Shown here: one piece after another, positions 19,632 to 28,076 of the stretch
How positions within the stretch are numbered: the stretch's first letter is position 1
How the letters are laid out: every line of letters begins with the position of its first letter
From: an uncultured bacterium
GTDB taxonomy: Bacteria; Bacillota; Clostridia; Oscillospirales; Acutalibacteraceae
Direction: 5' to 3'
Assembly (NCBI GenBank): GCA_905215055.1
Contig: CAJMOH010000001.1
Span: 34,064-98,063, forward strand
Length of the DNA stretch: 64,000 nucleotides
Made by a program: the position numbers and the translations under genes
Notes under the pieces: generated by a model
What the model was told of the DNA's origin: nothing
Databases searched by the model: none
What the model saw: the letters and a program-made list of their open reading frames with translations, nothing else

Positions 19632-20096
19632 ATGATTAAGCTGAAGCCCTTGCTGGCAAGCCTGGTAATCAGCCTGGGGATGGGCGGGCTGTCCGCTCTG
19701 CTGACCCAAAACGCCATGGAGCAGTACGGCGGTTTGAGACAGCCTCCCCTGTCCCCGCCGGGCTGGCTGTTTCCGGCGGTATGGTTTGTTCTCTTTGTTC
19801 TGATGGGGATGGCGGCCTATCTTGTCTGGATACGGGACAGCACCGGGCGAAACGGGGCGCTGATTCTGTACGGCGCCCAGCTGGTTTTCAACTTTTTCTG
19901 GACGCTGATCTTTTTCAACCTGCAAAACTACGCCTTGGCCTTTTTCTGGCTGCTAGCCCTGTGGCTGCTGATCCTGCTGACCACCCTCCAGTTTTTCAAG
20001 GAAACCCCTGCGGCCGGGTGGCTGCTGGTTCCCTATCTAGCATGGGTGGCCTTTGCCGGGTATCTCAACGCCGGCGTCTGGCTGCTGAACCCGTAA
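19632..20096 (+). CDS. tspO: TspO/MBR family tryptophan-rich sensory protein
   Basis: Five TM helices and Trp-rich motifs (PPGWLFPAVWFVLF…LVPYLAWVAFAGYLNAGVWLLN). Confidence 0.75.
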   Translation: MIKLKPLLASLVISLGMGGLSALLTQNAMEQYGGLRQPPLSPPGWLFPAVWFVLFVLMGMAAYLVWIRDSTGRNGALILYGAQLVFNFFWTLIFFNLQNYALAFFWLLALWLLILLTTLQFFKETPAAGWLLVPYLAWVAFAGYLNAGVWLLNP

Positions 20097-20172
20097 AGCC
20101 CCCCACACAATGGAAAAGGACGCCTGTGAGCTTTCACAGAGCGTCCCTTTTGCTTTGTTATCAAAAACGCGG

Positions 20173-20682
20173 CTAGGCCGCTTTGGGCAGATGCTTGTCC
20201 AACTGGTCCAGGGCCTTCCGCAAGGGATGGTAGAGAAGCAGCGCCAGTAAAAAATTCCCCGCGGCATGTCCTATATCAAAGCTGAGACCGCTGATAATCC
20301 AGGCGATCATCATCTGAAACCCGCCCACAGGGAGATACACCAAAGAGCACAGGGTTCCAAAGGCCAAGCCGTACAGCCCGGACAAAACGGCCCACTGCCA
20401 GGAACGCTTCATCCAGCGGAACAGCCAGGTAAGCCCAGCCAGCAAAGGCCAGACATACAGGTACATCGCCGTCCAAAGGCCAAATCCCCCATAGAGCAGC
20501 CCTTCCAGCAGAAGAAACACCGCCAAGGCCCCCAGCACCCGCCGCCGGAACACCAGCGTAAACAGGATCGTGAGCAGGCTGACCAGCTCCACATTGGGCA
20601 GAGCCGCCAGCGTTTCCTTGGAAACCACCAGCACTGTACCCATCATGGCCATCAGGCACAGATCGGTGAGACGGCTTTTCAT
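20173..20682 (-). CDS. Polytopic membrane protein, ECF-transporter S-component-like (possible cobalamin-related)
   Basis: A 169-aa, ~6-TM protein. Its start overlaps (ATGA) the DUF4430 lipoprotein gene, and the pair sits downstream of a cobalamin riboswitch. Confidence 0.4.
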   Translation of the reverse strand: MKSRLTDLCLMAMMGTVLVVSKETLAALPNVELVSLLTILFTLVFRRRVLGALAVFLLLEGLLYGGFGLWTAMYLYVWPLLAGLTWLFRWMKRSWQWAVLSGLYGLAFGTLCSLVYLPVGGFQMMIAWIISGLSFDIGHAAGNFLLALLLYHPLRKALDQLDKHLPKAA

Positions 20683-21233
20683 CAGTAGCCCACGGTCAAG
20701 GTCAGCTCAAAGGTATCGCCGTCGCTGATCTCCGTGGAATCCGCGCCATAGTTCCACATCTCGCCGCCCTTGGTCAAGCACCACCACTCCTGGTTGGAGT
20801 CGTCGGCGGTCTCCCCGTCCACCGTGGTGATGAACAGGCCGTAGCTGCTCTCTTCCCCTTCTACCAGGCCCTCTTCCACAAGGGCGTCGCCCAGATTTTC
20901 CGCGGTGGTGGAAATGGGGAATTCCTTCTCGCTGCCGTCCCCGTGAATCACCTTCACGGTGATTTCCGCCGCTTCAGCGTCCTGGCTGCCGGTTTCGGAA
21001 GAGGTGCTTTCCTCATCCGCGGTGCGGGGCTCAGGCTTTAAGGCGGAGGTCTCAGACTGCTCGGAGGACGTCTGAGAGGCTTCCGAAGAGCTCTCCTCCA
21101 TCTGGGAGGAAACGGTGGAGCTTTCCTCCTGGGAGGAGGCGGCGTCTCCGCAGCCAGCTAAAACGAACACTACCAGCAGCAGGCTCAGCAATAGGGCGCC
21201 CCAGCGCCCCAGCAGATTCTTTGTGTGTTTCAT
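20682..21233 (-). CDS. DUF4430 domain lipoprotein
   Basis: Lipobox LAGCGD, an acidic Ser-rich linker, and the C-terminal DUF4430-like core (…ITVKVIHGDGSEKEF…EWWCLTKGGEMWNYGADSTEISDGDTFELT). Confidence 0.55.
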   Translation of the reverse strand: MKHTKNLLGRWGALLLSLLLVVFVLAGCGDAASSQEESSTVSSQMEESSSEASQTSSEQSETSALKPEPRTADEESTSSETGSQDAEAAEITVKVIHGDGSEKEFPISTTAENLGDALVEEGLVEGEESSYGLFITTVDGETADDSNQEWWCLTKGGEMWNYGADSTEISDGDTFELTLTVGY

Positions 21234-21319
21234 GTTGTTACCTCATTTCTAAAAGTGTTTAGATTTGAGGGACGGCGCCCGCTCTTCCAGCGCCCTGGCG
21301 CCGGCGCCTGAAAAGCGGG

Positions 21320-21530
21320 CAGGAAAACAAGGCCGGCAAGCCGGCCCATCCTGTACCATACGCCAAGAACCCGTGGCTCTGGTACGGCCTATCCGGGCAA
21401 GTCTTTCGGCTGAGGGTTCAAGCGGCGCGCTCCGCCTTCCCAATTCCGCAGAATCAGTGACAAAATAGAGAGCTCCTCACCCATCACGGCGACGGGTTCG
21501 CCGGGGAATCTCACCCCGTTCCTATGTTCG
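21320..21530 (-). promoter_or_regulatory. Cobalamin (B12) riboswitch with terminator-type expression platform
   Basis: The minus-strand transcript contains GGAACGGGGTGAGATTCCCC…GCGAACCCGTCGCCGTGATGG, matching the GGGAA…GGTGxxAxTCC…GCxG…CCG…GTxAxGG core. It has the B12 box GTCACTG and a downstream GGGAAGGCG. A GGCCGGC-TTG-CCGGCC hairpin plus TTGTTTTCC follows ~90 nt before the DUF4430 start. Confidence 0.55.
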
Positions 21531-21623
21531 GCCGCGGGAAAAGGCCCGCGGACACCCGGAGTCCCAACGGGCCTTATCATACCCCATAGAAAGGGTTTTG
21601 TCAATTTGTTTCCGGTCAGGAGG

Positions 21624-23651
21624 CTATCTCATCCCTGTCAGGTGGGCAGCCGACGCGATCAGAAAGCACAGCCCCAGCCCCGCGGCAGTGGGCAAAAGCA
21701 GGGACGCCGCCGTCCACTTCAGGCTTTTTGTCTCTCGCCAGATGGTCCAGCAGGTGGTGGAGCAGGGCCAGTGGAACAGGGAAAACACCATAACGCACAG
21801 GGCCGTCACCCAGGTCCAGCCGTTTTGCAGCAGCAGGCCGTGCAGCTGGGACAGATCTCCCGCCTGCGCCAGCGCTCCCTGGGAAAGATAGCCCATCAGC
21901 AGCAGGGGCAGCACCAGCTCGTTGGCGGGAAGGGCCAGCAGAAAGGCCAGCAGAATTACCCCATCCAGCCCGAACAGCCGGGCGGCGGGATCGAGAAAGG
22001 CGGCACAGTGGGAAAGCAGGCTCTCCCCGTTTACAGTGATATTTCCCAGGCACCAGATCAGCACCCCCGCCGGAGCCGCCACCGCGGCGGCCCGTCCCAG
22101 CACAAACAGGGTGCGGTCCAGCACGGAGCGGGCCAGCACCTGGCCCACCTGGGGCCGGCGGTAGGGCGGCAGCTCCAGGGCAAAGGAGGAGGGCATTCCC
22201 CGCAAAACTGTCTTGGAAAGGAAGGCCGAGGCTCCCAGGGTCATGGCAAAGGAGAAGGCCAGCAGCACCCCCACCAGCAACGCATTCACAAGGCCGCCAG
22301 CCACGCCTCCCAGGGTGAAAAACAGCGCTCCCAGCGTGACCAGCAAGGGCAGTCTGCCGTTGCAGGGGGTAAAGGCGTTTGTCAGCAGGGCAATCAGCCG
22401 CTCCCTGGGGGAGTGGAGAATCCGGCAGCCCACTACCCCGGCGGCGTTGCACCCCAAGCCCATGGAAATGGTCAGGGCCTGCTTGCCGCAGGCGCCGCAG
22501 CGTTGGAAGCACCGGTCCAGATTATACGCCACCCGGGGCAGATAGCCCAGGTCCTCCAACAGCGTAAACAGAGGAAAGAAGATGGCCATGGGAGGCAGCA
22601 TCACCGCCACCACCCAGGACAAGGTGGTGTAGGCCCCATCCACCAGCACCCCGGACAGCCAGGCTGGAGCGCCGGAAAGCAGCTCCCGCAGCCAATTCCC
22701 CAGGGAGGCAAAGCCCTGGCTCAGCAGCTGGGAAGGCCCATTGGCGCCCACCATGGTCAGCCACAGCAGCCCCACCAGCAGCAGGCCCATCACGGGAAAC
22801 GCCGTCCAACGGCCGGTGAGGATTCGGTCCAGCCTTTTATCCTGAACGCTGTAACCGCGGTCCAAGCCGGAAACCGCCCGGCGGGCCAGTTCTCCGGCCC
22901 GCCGGGCCAAAGCGCCGGCAATGGCGTCGGAAAACCACTGGGGAGGACGCTCCCTCCAGGTCTCCTGAAGCAAGGCTGCTTCCTGAGAGGAGGCGGCCTC
23001 CTCCACCCCCTCCAGCAGCCGCAGGGCGTGCCATCGGGGATTGGCCTTCCCGGCTTGGCGCAGCAGGGGACTGATCCGGGCCGCGGCGTTTTCTACCGGG
23101 GCGGGATACTTTACGGGAGGTGGGAGCTTGGTTTCCTCCCCTCCAGCGGCTTTGGCCAGGGCCTCGCGCAGAGCTGGCAGCCCCTTGCCGCTGCGGGCAG
23201 CGCATCCCACCACCGGCACCCCCAGCAACCGGGAAAGCTCCTCCAGGCGGACGTGAATGCCCTTGCGCCGAGCTTCATCCAACAGATTGACGCACACCAC
23301 CGCCCGGGAAGTGATCTCCAGCACTTGCAGCGCCAGGGACAGCCCACGCTCCAGGCAGGTGGCGTCACAGACCACCAGCACCGCGTCCGCCTGGCCGGAA
23401 CAGAGAAAATCCCTGGCGGCTGTTTCCTCCCCCGTGGAGGAAAGAAGGGACACGCAGCCGGGCAGGTCCACCAGCCGGTAGCTTTCCCCTTGAAATTCCC
23501 AGCGGCCCTGGGCGTTTGTCACGGTCTTTCCCGCCCAGTTGCCGGTGTGCTGCCGCAGGCCGGTCAGCGCGTTAAAAACGGTGCTTTTCCCCACGTTTGG
23601 GTTTCCTGCCAGGGCGATGATGGACCCTGAAAAGCGCCTTGCTGATCCCAC
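21624..23651 (-). CDS. feoB: Ferrous iron transport protein B
   Basis: G-domain IALAGNPNVGKST, followed by the Gate/nucleoside-recognition membrane domains, ~675 aa. Start set at the GTG 13 nt after the feoA stop, with a TAGGAGTG RBS. The 26 upstream codons overlap feoA and lack an RBS. Confidence 0.8.
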   Translation of the reverse strand: MGSARRFSGSIIALAGNPNVGKSTVFNALTGLRQHTGNWAGKTVTNAQGRWEFQGESYRLVDLPGCVSLLSSTGEETAARDFLCSGQADAVLVVCDATCLERGLSLALQVLEITSRAVVCVNLLDEARRKGIHVRLEELSRLLGVPVVGCAARSGKGLPALREALAKAAGGEETKLPPPVKYPAPVENAAARISPLLRQAGKANPRWHALRLLEGVEEAASSQEAALLQETWRERPPQWFSDAIAGALARRAGELARRAVSGLDRGYSVQDKRLDRILTGRWTAFPVMGLLLVGLLWLTMVGANGPSQLLSQGFASLGNWLRELLSGAPAWLSGVLVDGAYTTLSWVVAVMLPPMAIFFPLFTLLEDLGYLPRVAYNLDRCFQRCGACGKQALTISMGLGCNAAGVVGCRILHSPRERLIALLTNAFTPCNGRLPLLVTLGALFFTLGGVAGGLVNALLVGVLLAFSFAMTLGASAFLSKTVLRGMPSSFALELPPYRRPQVGQVLARSVLDRTLFVLGRAAAVAAPAGVLIWCLGNITVNGESLLSHCAAFLDPAARLFGLDGVILLAFLLALPANELVLPLLLMGYLSQGALAQAGDLSQLHGLLLQNGWTWVTALCVMVFSLFHWPCSTTCWTIWRETKSLKWTAASLLLPTAAGLGLCFLIASAAHLTGMR

Positions 23652-23664
23652 TGGTATCACACTC

Positions 23665-23916
23665 CTAGATTCCTGTATTGGAAAGGAACGCCACCCGCAC
23701 CGGACGGGCGTCCCGCCGTCGTAGGGCAATTACCGTCCCCCGCAGCTGATAGGCCCTGGGGTCTCCCAGCGGGCTGGTCCCCACACATTCCACCTGGGCG
23801 CCTGGGACAAATCCCAGCTCCTGCAGCCGGCGGCGTTGGGCGCCCTGAGCAAAGACCTCCTGAACCACGGCCCGCCTATCGGGAGGCAGTCTATCCAGGC
23901 TTGTTTCTTCCTCCAT
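23665..23916 (-). CDS. feoA: FeoA domain protein
   Basis: An 83-aa ORF with LGFVPGAQVECVGTSPLGDPRAYQLRGTVIALRRRDA, the FeoA SH3-like signature. Confidence 0.7.
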   Translation of the reverse strand: MEEETSLDRLPPDRRAVVQEVFAQGAQRRRLQELGFVPGAQVECVGTSPLGDPRAYQLRGTVIALRRRDARPVRVAFLSNTGI

Positions 23917-24034
23917 AGTTTCCCCTCCCTGCCTGAAACGGAAAAATCCCTTACTAACACTCTATGCCTCCTGGTCAAAAGTGTGCGCCGCTCTCCGCGC
24001 CGCAAAAGGGAGACACCGCCGCACAGAAAAAGCC

Positions 24035-24064
24035 GCTGGGGCTTCCAGCGGCTTTTGGCGCAGC
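24035..24064. terminator. Bidirectional stem-loop terminator
   Basis: GCCGCTGG-GGCTTC-CCAGCGGC flanked by AAAAA and TTTTGG. Confidence 0.45.
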
Positions 24065-24302
24065 ACTTCAGCGGCTATTTTCGGGACCTTCTCCAACCCA
24101 ACCCAGCCCAACCAGCAGAGCAAATCCTGCGGCGAAAGCGGCGGCCAGCAGGTAAAACAACGGATTCTCTCTTGCGGCGGCTTGCTAGGCGATAAATACC
24201 ACACAGCTGGCGAAAAATAAAACCAGCACCAGCCACAGCGGCACTCGCCGGTCTCCCACGCCTTCCCAGGGGCCGCAGGAACCGTGATGATTTTCTTACG
24301 TT

Positions 24303-24338
24303 ATTGACTTATGTGCGAAACTGCGGTAAGATACAGCT
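24303..24338 (+). promoter_or_regulatory. Sigma-70-type promoter of the DUF134/fusion-reductase operon
   Basis: TTGACT, a 17-nt spacer, then TAAGAT. The predicted TSS is ~25 nt before the RBS GGGAGGG of the gene at 24369. Confidence 0.5.
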
Positions 24339-24368
24339 GGTAAGGACTGGTTGAAGGGAGGGGATTGT

Positions 24369-24722
24369 TTGGCCAGGCCCAGTAAATGCCGGTGTATTTG
24401 CTCCATGCCCCGGATTACGGAGTTTCTCCCCGGGGGAGAGGCAGACCTTCGGGGGCCGGTTGTCTTGCAGGTGGATGAGCTTGAGGTCATCCGTCTGCTG
24501 GATTACAAGGGCTTTACCCAAGAGCAATGCGCCGGGCGAATGAACATATCCCGCACCACCGTCACACGGATTTACGAGGCGGGCCGCCGCAAGGTGGCCC
24601 AAGCCCTGGTGGAAGGCAGAGGCCTCTCTATCAAGGGCGGGGATGTGATGATCTGTACCAGCCTCCGGCCGGAATGTGCTGGAGAACTCCATTGCTGCCA
24701 CAGGCAGGGAAAGGAAGATTGA
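24369..24722 (+). CDS. DUF134/UPF0251 family putative DNA-binding protein with a Cys-rich N-terminus
   Basis: (M)LARPSKCRCICSMPRITEFLPGG…VLQVDELEVIRLLDYKGFTQEQCAGRMNISRTTVTRIYEAGRRKVAQALVEG matches the UPF0251 pattern (ARPRKCRxVC…P…F.P.G…ea.rL.d.eGl.qeeaA..m.vSr.T..r). TTG start with a GGGAGGG RBS. Stop is 1 nt before the next start. Confidence 0.55.
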   Translation: MARPSKCRCICSMPRITEFLPGGEADLRGPVVLQVDELEVIRLLDYKGFTQEQCAGRMNISRTTVTRIYEAGRRKVAQALVEGRGLSIKGGDVMICTSLRPECAGELHCCHRQGKED

Positions 24723-24723
24723 G

Positions 24724-27300
24724 ATGAAAATTTTAGTCATCGGCGGCGTGGCCGCGGGTACCAAGGCCGCCGCCAAATGGAAACGGGAAAACCGGGCCGA
24801 CCAGGTGATGGTAATCACCAAAAGCGTGGACATTTCCTACGCGGGCTGCGGACTGCCCTACTATGTGGGCGGCTCCATCGCGGACAAGGGGGAGCTGATT
24901 GTGAACACCCCCCAAAAATACCAGGGCCTGACCGGCGTGGAGGTGCGCACCCAGCGGGAGGCCGTGCAGGTGGACCCCGCGGCCAAAAGGGTGGTTGCCA
25001 AAAACCTGCAAACCGGTGAAGAGGAGTCCTACGGCTATGATAAGCTGATTGTGGCCACCGGCGCCTCCGCGGTAAAACCGCCCATTCCCGGGGTGGATTT
25101 GAACGGCGTGTTCCCCATGCGCGCTCCTCAGGACGCCATCGCCATGCGGGACTATTTGGACGCCAACGGGGTGAAAAAGGCCGTGGTTATCGGCGGCGGC
25201 TTTATCGGCCTGGAGTTGGCTGAAAACCTGTTTGACCGGGGCATTTCGGTCACCGTGGTGGAGCTGGCCCCTCAGATTCTGGCAAACGTTCTGGACCCGG
25301 AGATGGCAGGCTACGTCAAGCGCCACCTGCAGCAAAAGGGCATTCGAGTGCTCACCGGGGCCAAGGCTGCCGCCATTGTGGGCCAGGGCAAGGTGGAAGG
25401 CGTACAGACGGATTCTGGGCTGCTGCCCTGCGGCGCGGTAGTGCTGTCCGCGGGAATCCGGCCCAACACAGACTTCCTTGACGGCACAGGCGTGGAAATG
25501 GTGAAGGGCGCCATTGTGGTGGATCAGCATTTGGCCACCAGCGTGGCGGACATCTACGCCGTCGGGGACTGCGCCCTGGTGACAAACCGTCTCACGGGCA
25601 AGGCCCAGTGGTCCCCCATGGGGTCCTCCGCCAACCTGGAGGGCCGCACGCTGGCCCAGGGCCTGAATGGAGAGGACAAGACCTATCCCGGTGTGCTGGG
25701 TACCGGCGTGGTGAAGCTTCCCGGCCTGAACGCCGGACGCACCGGACTGACTGAGGCCGCTGCCAGGGAAGCCGGCTATGACGTGGAGACCGTGGTGGCT
25801 GTCACCGACGACAAGGCCCACTACTATCCCGGAGCCGCTTTCTTCATCACCAAGCTTTTGGCGGACAGGAACACCCACCAGCTGCTGGGCGTTCAGGTGC
25901 TGGGGCCTGGGGCGGTGGACAAGATGGTGGACATCGCCGTGGTGGGAATCTCCATGGGCCTGAAGCTGGAGGACTTTGAAAACCTGGATCTGGCTTACGC
26001 TCCTCCCTTCTCCACGGCCATCCACCCCTTTGTACAGGCGGTGTATGTGCTGGAAAACAAGCTTTCCGGCGCGATGGACTCCATGACCCCTGCCCAGTAC
26101 GCCGCGGGAGAGGCAGAGGGCTGCACGGTGATTGACGTGAACCCCCAGCCTACCATTCGGGGCGCCAGGTTTGTGGACCTGTCCAAAGTGGACGGTCCCC
26201 TGGAGGGCATTGGCAAGGACGAGAAGCTGCTGCTGGTGTGCGGACGGGGCAAGCGGGCCTACTTCCTGCAAAACCGGCTGAAATTCTATGGCTACACCAA
26301 CACCCTGGTGCTGGAGGGCGCCACCACCTTTAACGAGGTGCGCATCAAGGCCCCCGGCGCCGCCGTTCCTCCGGAGGAGGTCACACGGGTGAAGGGCCTG
26401 GGATTCCTGTGGGACAAAAACACTCCCGACTGCTTCAACGGCCGGGTTATCACCCGCAACGGCAAGATCACCGCGGAGGAAATGCGGGCCATCACCGAAG
26501 CGGCGGAGCGCTTTGGCAACGGTCAGGTGGCTATGACCACCCGGCTGACAATGGAGATTCAGCACATTCCCTTCGACAACATCGAGCCTCTTCGGGCATT
26601 TTTGGCGGAGCATGGCCTGGAAACCGGCGGCACCGGCTCCAAGGTACGTCCCGTGGTAAGCTGCAAGGGGACCACCTGCCAGTATGGGCTGATCGACACC
26701 TTCGCTCTCAGCGAGGAAATTCACGAGCGGTTCTATCACGGCTACAACAACGTGAAGCTGCCCCACAAATTCAAGATCGCCGTGGGAGGCTGTCCCAACA
26801 ACTGCGTCAAGCCCGACCTGAACGACCTGGGCATTATCGGACAAAAGGTGCCTCTCATCGACCTGGACAAGTGCCGGGGCTGCAAGGTGTGCCAGGTGGT
26901 CAACGCCTGTCCCATCAAGGTGCCGGTGGTACAAAACGGCAAGGTGGTTATCGATGACAACGCCTGCAACCACTGCGGCCGCTGCGTGGGAAAATGTCCC
27001 TTTAAGGCCGTGGAGGGCTTTACCAGCGGCTACCGGGTCTACATTGGCGGACGCTGGGGCAAGAAGGTGAAAAAGGGCCAATATTTGGAAAAGGTGTTTA
27101 CCGACAAGGACGAGGTCCTGAACGTGATTGAAAAGGCCATTCTGCTGTTCCGGGAGCAGGGCCTGACCGGCGAGCGCTTTGCTGACACGGTAGACCGCAT
27201 TGGCTTTGAAAATGTCCAGGCCCAGCTGCTGTCTGACGGCCTGCTCCAGCGGAAAGAGGTAAATTTGAAGCTGGACGTAAAGGGCGGGGCCACCTGCTAA
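24724..27300 (+). CDS. Three-domain fusion oxidoreductase: CoA-disulfide-reductase-like FAD/NAD(P)H flavoprotein + rhodanese + nitrite/sulfite-reductase-like siroheme/[4Fe-4S] domain with a ferredoxin insert
   Basis: Residues 1-~450 are a CoADR/NADH-oxidase fold (MKILVIGGVAAGTKAA dinucleotide site; single active Cys in SYAGCGLPYY; second GGGFIGLE NAD site). Residues ~455-550 are a rhodanese domain with the LVCGRGKRA CxGxxR loop. Residues ~555-858 are a NIR/SIR-type hemoprotein: ferredoxin-like half-domain, then VVSCKGTTC…GGCPNNC Cys clusters, then two ferredoxin motifs (CRGCKVCQVVNACP and CNHCGRCVGKCP). The whole is one 858-aa ORF with an AAGGAAG RBS. Confidence 0.7.
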   Translation: MKILVIGGVAAGTKAAAKWKRENRADQVMVITKSVDISYAGCGLPYYVGGSIADKGELIVNTPQKYQGLTGVEVRTQREAVQVDPAAKRVVAKNLQTGEEESYGYDKLIVATGASAVKPPIPGVDLNGVFPMRAPQDAIAMRDYLDANGVKKAVVIGGGFIGLELAENLFDRGISVTVVELAPQILANVLDPEMAGYVKRHLQQKGIRVLTGAKAAAIVGQGKVEGVQTDSGLLPCGAVVLSAGIRPNTDFLDGTGVEMVKGAIVVDQHLATSVADIYAVGDCALVTNRLTGKAQWSPMGSSANLEGRTLAQGLNGEDKTYPGVLGTGVVKLPGLNAGRTGLTEAAAREAGYDVETVVAVTDDKAHYYPGAAFFITKLLADRNTHQLLGVQVLGPGAVDKMVDIAVVGISMGLKLEDFENLDLAYAPPFSTAIHPFVQAVYVLENKLSGAMDSMTPAQYAAGEAEGCTVIDVNPQPTIRGARFVDLSKVDGPLEGIGKDEKLLLVCGRGKRAYFLQNRLKFYGYTNTLVLEGATTFNEVRIKAPGAAVPPEEVTRVKGLGFLWDKNTPDCFNGRVITRNGKITAEEMRAITEAAERFGNGQVAMTTRLTMEIQHIPFDNIEPLRAFLAEHGLETGGTGSKVRPVVSCKGTTCQYGLIDTFALSEEIHERFYHGYNNVKLPHKFKIAVGGCPNNCVKPDLNDLGIIGQKVPLIDLDKCRGCKVCQVVNACPIKVPVVQNGKVVIDDNACNHCGRCVGKCPFKAVEGFTSGYRVYIGGRWGKKVKKGQYLEKVFTDKDEVLNVIEKAILLFREQGLTGERFADTVDRIGFENVQAQLLSDGLLQRKEVNLKLDVKGGATC

Positions 27301-27436
27301 CAGCGTGCCGCTGCACCATCGCCGCGCACTGGGGCCGTGCCCCAGACCATTTCCTAGGAAGTCAAGCTTGCGGCCCGCGTTTGGGACAAGGTGCAGTTTG
27401 AAATCTGTGATCTTGCGTGGGCACACACCGCGCAAA

Positions 27437-27480
27437 ACAAAGAGAGGACTGGGAAACCAGCCCTCTCTTTCTCTTTAGTT
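27437..27480. terminator. Bidirectional terminator between convergent genes
   Basis: AAGAGAGGACTGG-GAAA-CCAGCCCTCTCTT stem with T-rich flanks. Confidence 0.5.
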
Positions 27481-27493
27481 TGTAGAGTCTCTT

Positions 27494-27940
27494 TTATTGG
27501 AACAGCACGTTTTCCACGGCGATGAAAGGGAAGTCCTCCATTTTCAGCGCGTGGGACTTGCCCTGATAAAACACCGAGGTCTCATTGATCCCTATGGTAA
27601 ACCGGCTTCCGTCCTTTAGGGAATATTCCAGCGTGTAGACGGGCTCCCCCTCCCCCCGGGAAAAGGGCTTATAGGAAAGGCAGCCCAGCAGATTGGCAGT
27701 AAACTCGAACTCCATCTCCGGGCTGGAAGTATCTACCCGCACCGTCTCTCCCGTGGCGGACTGTGTAACGGCGACACACTGAATGTCCTCTATCTCTGGA
27801 TGGGTGAAAAACAGGGGCCAGCCATTCAGGGCAACATGGATCGCCAGTAAAAGGATTGCCGTCACCAAAGCATGAAGCCCCCATTTGAACAGCCATTTTC
27901 CCACTCTCCTGGGGGTGAGCTTTTTCGCTGTGTTCTCCAT
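27494..27940 (-). CDS. Hypothetical protein with an N-terminal TM anchor
   Basis: A 148-aa ORF with one hydrophobic helix followed by a soluble domain. No family recognised. Confidence 0.35.
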   Translation of the reverse strand: MENTAKKLTPRRVGKWLFKWGLHALVTAILLLAIHVALNGWPLFFTHPEIEDIQCVAVTQSATGETVRVDTSSPEMEFEFTANLLGCLSYKPFSRGEGEPVYTLEYSLKDGSRFTIGINETSVFYQGKSHALKMEDFPFIAVENVLFQ

Positions 27941-28076
27941 ACAATCCCCTCCCTGGCTTTAGTATAGCGCAGCCAGCGGCTGTTTGCAAGAGGACTCCGT
28001 TGAATCCTGCATGGCCATAGGGTATAATAAAGGTCTGAGATGAGAGAACTGACATTGTCAAGAAAGGAGAAGGCCC

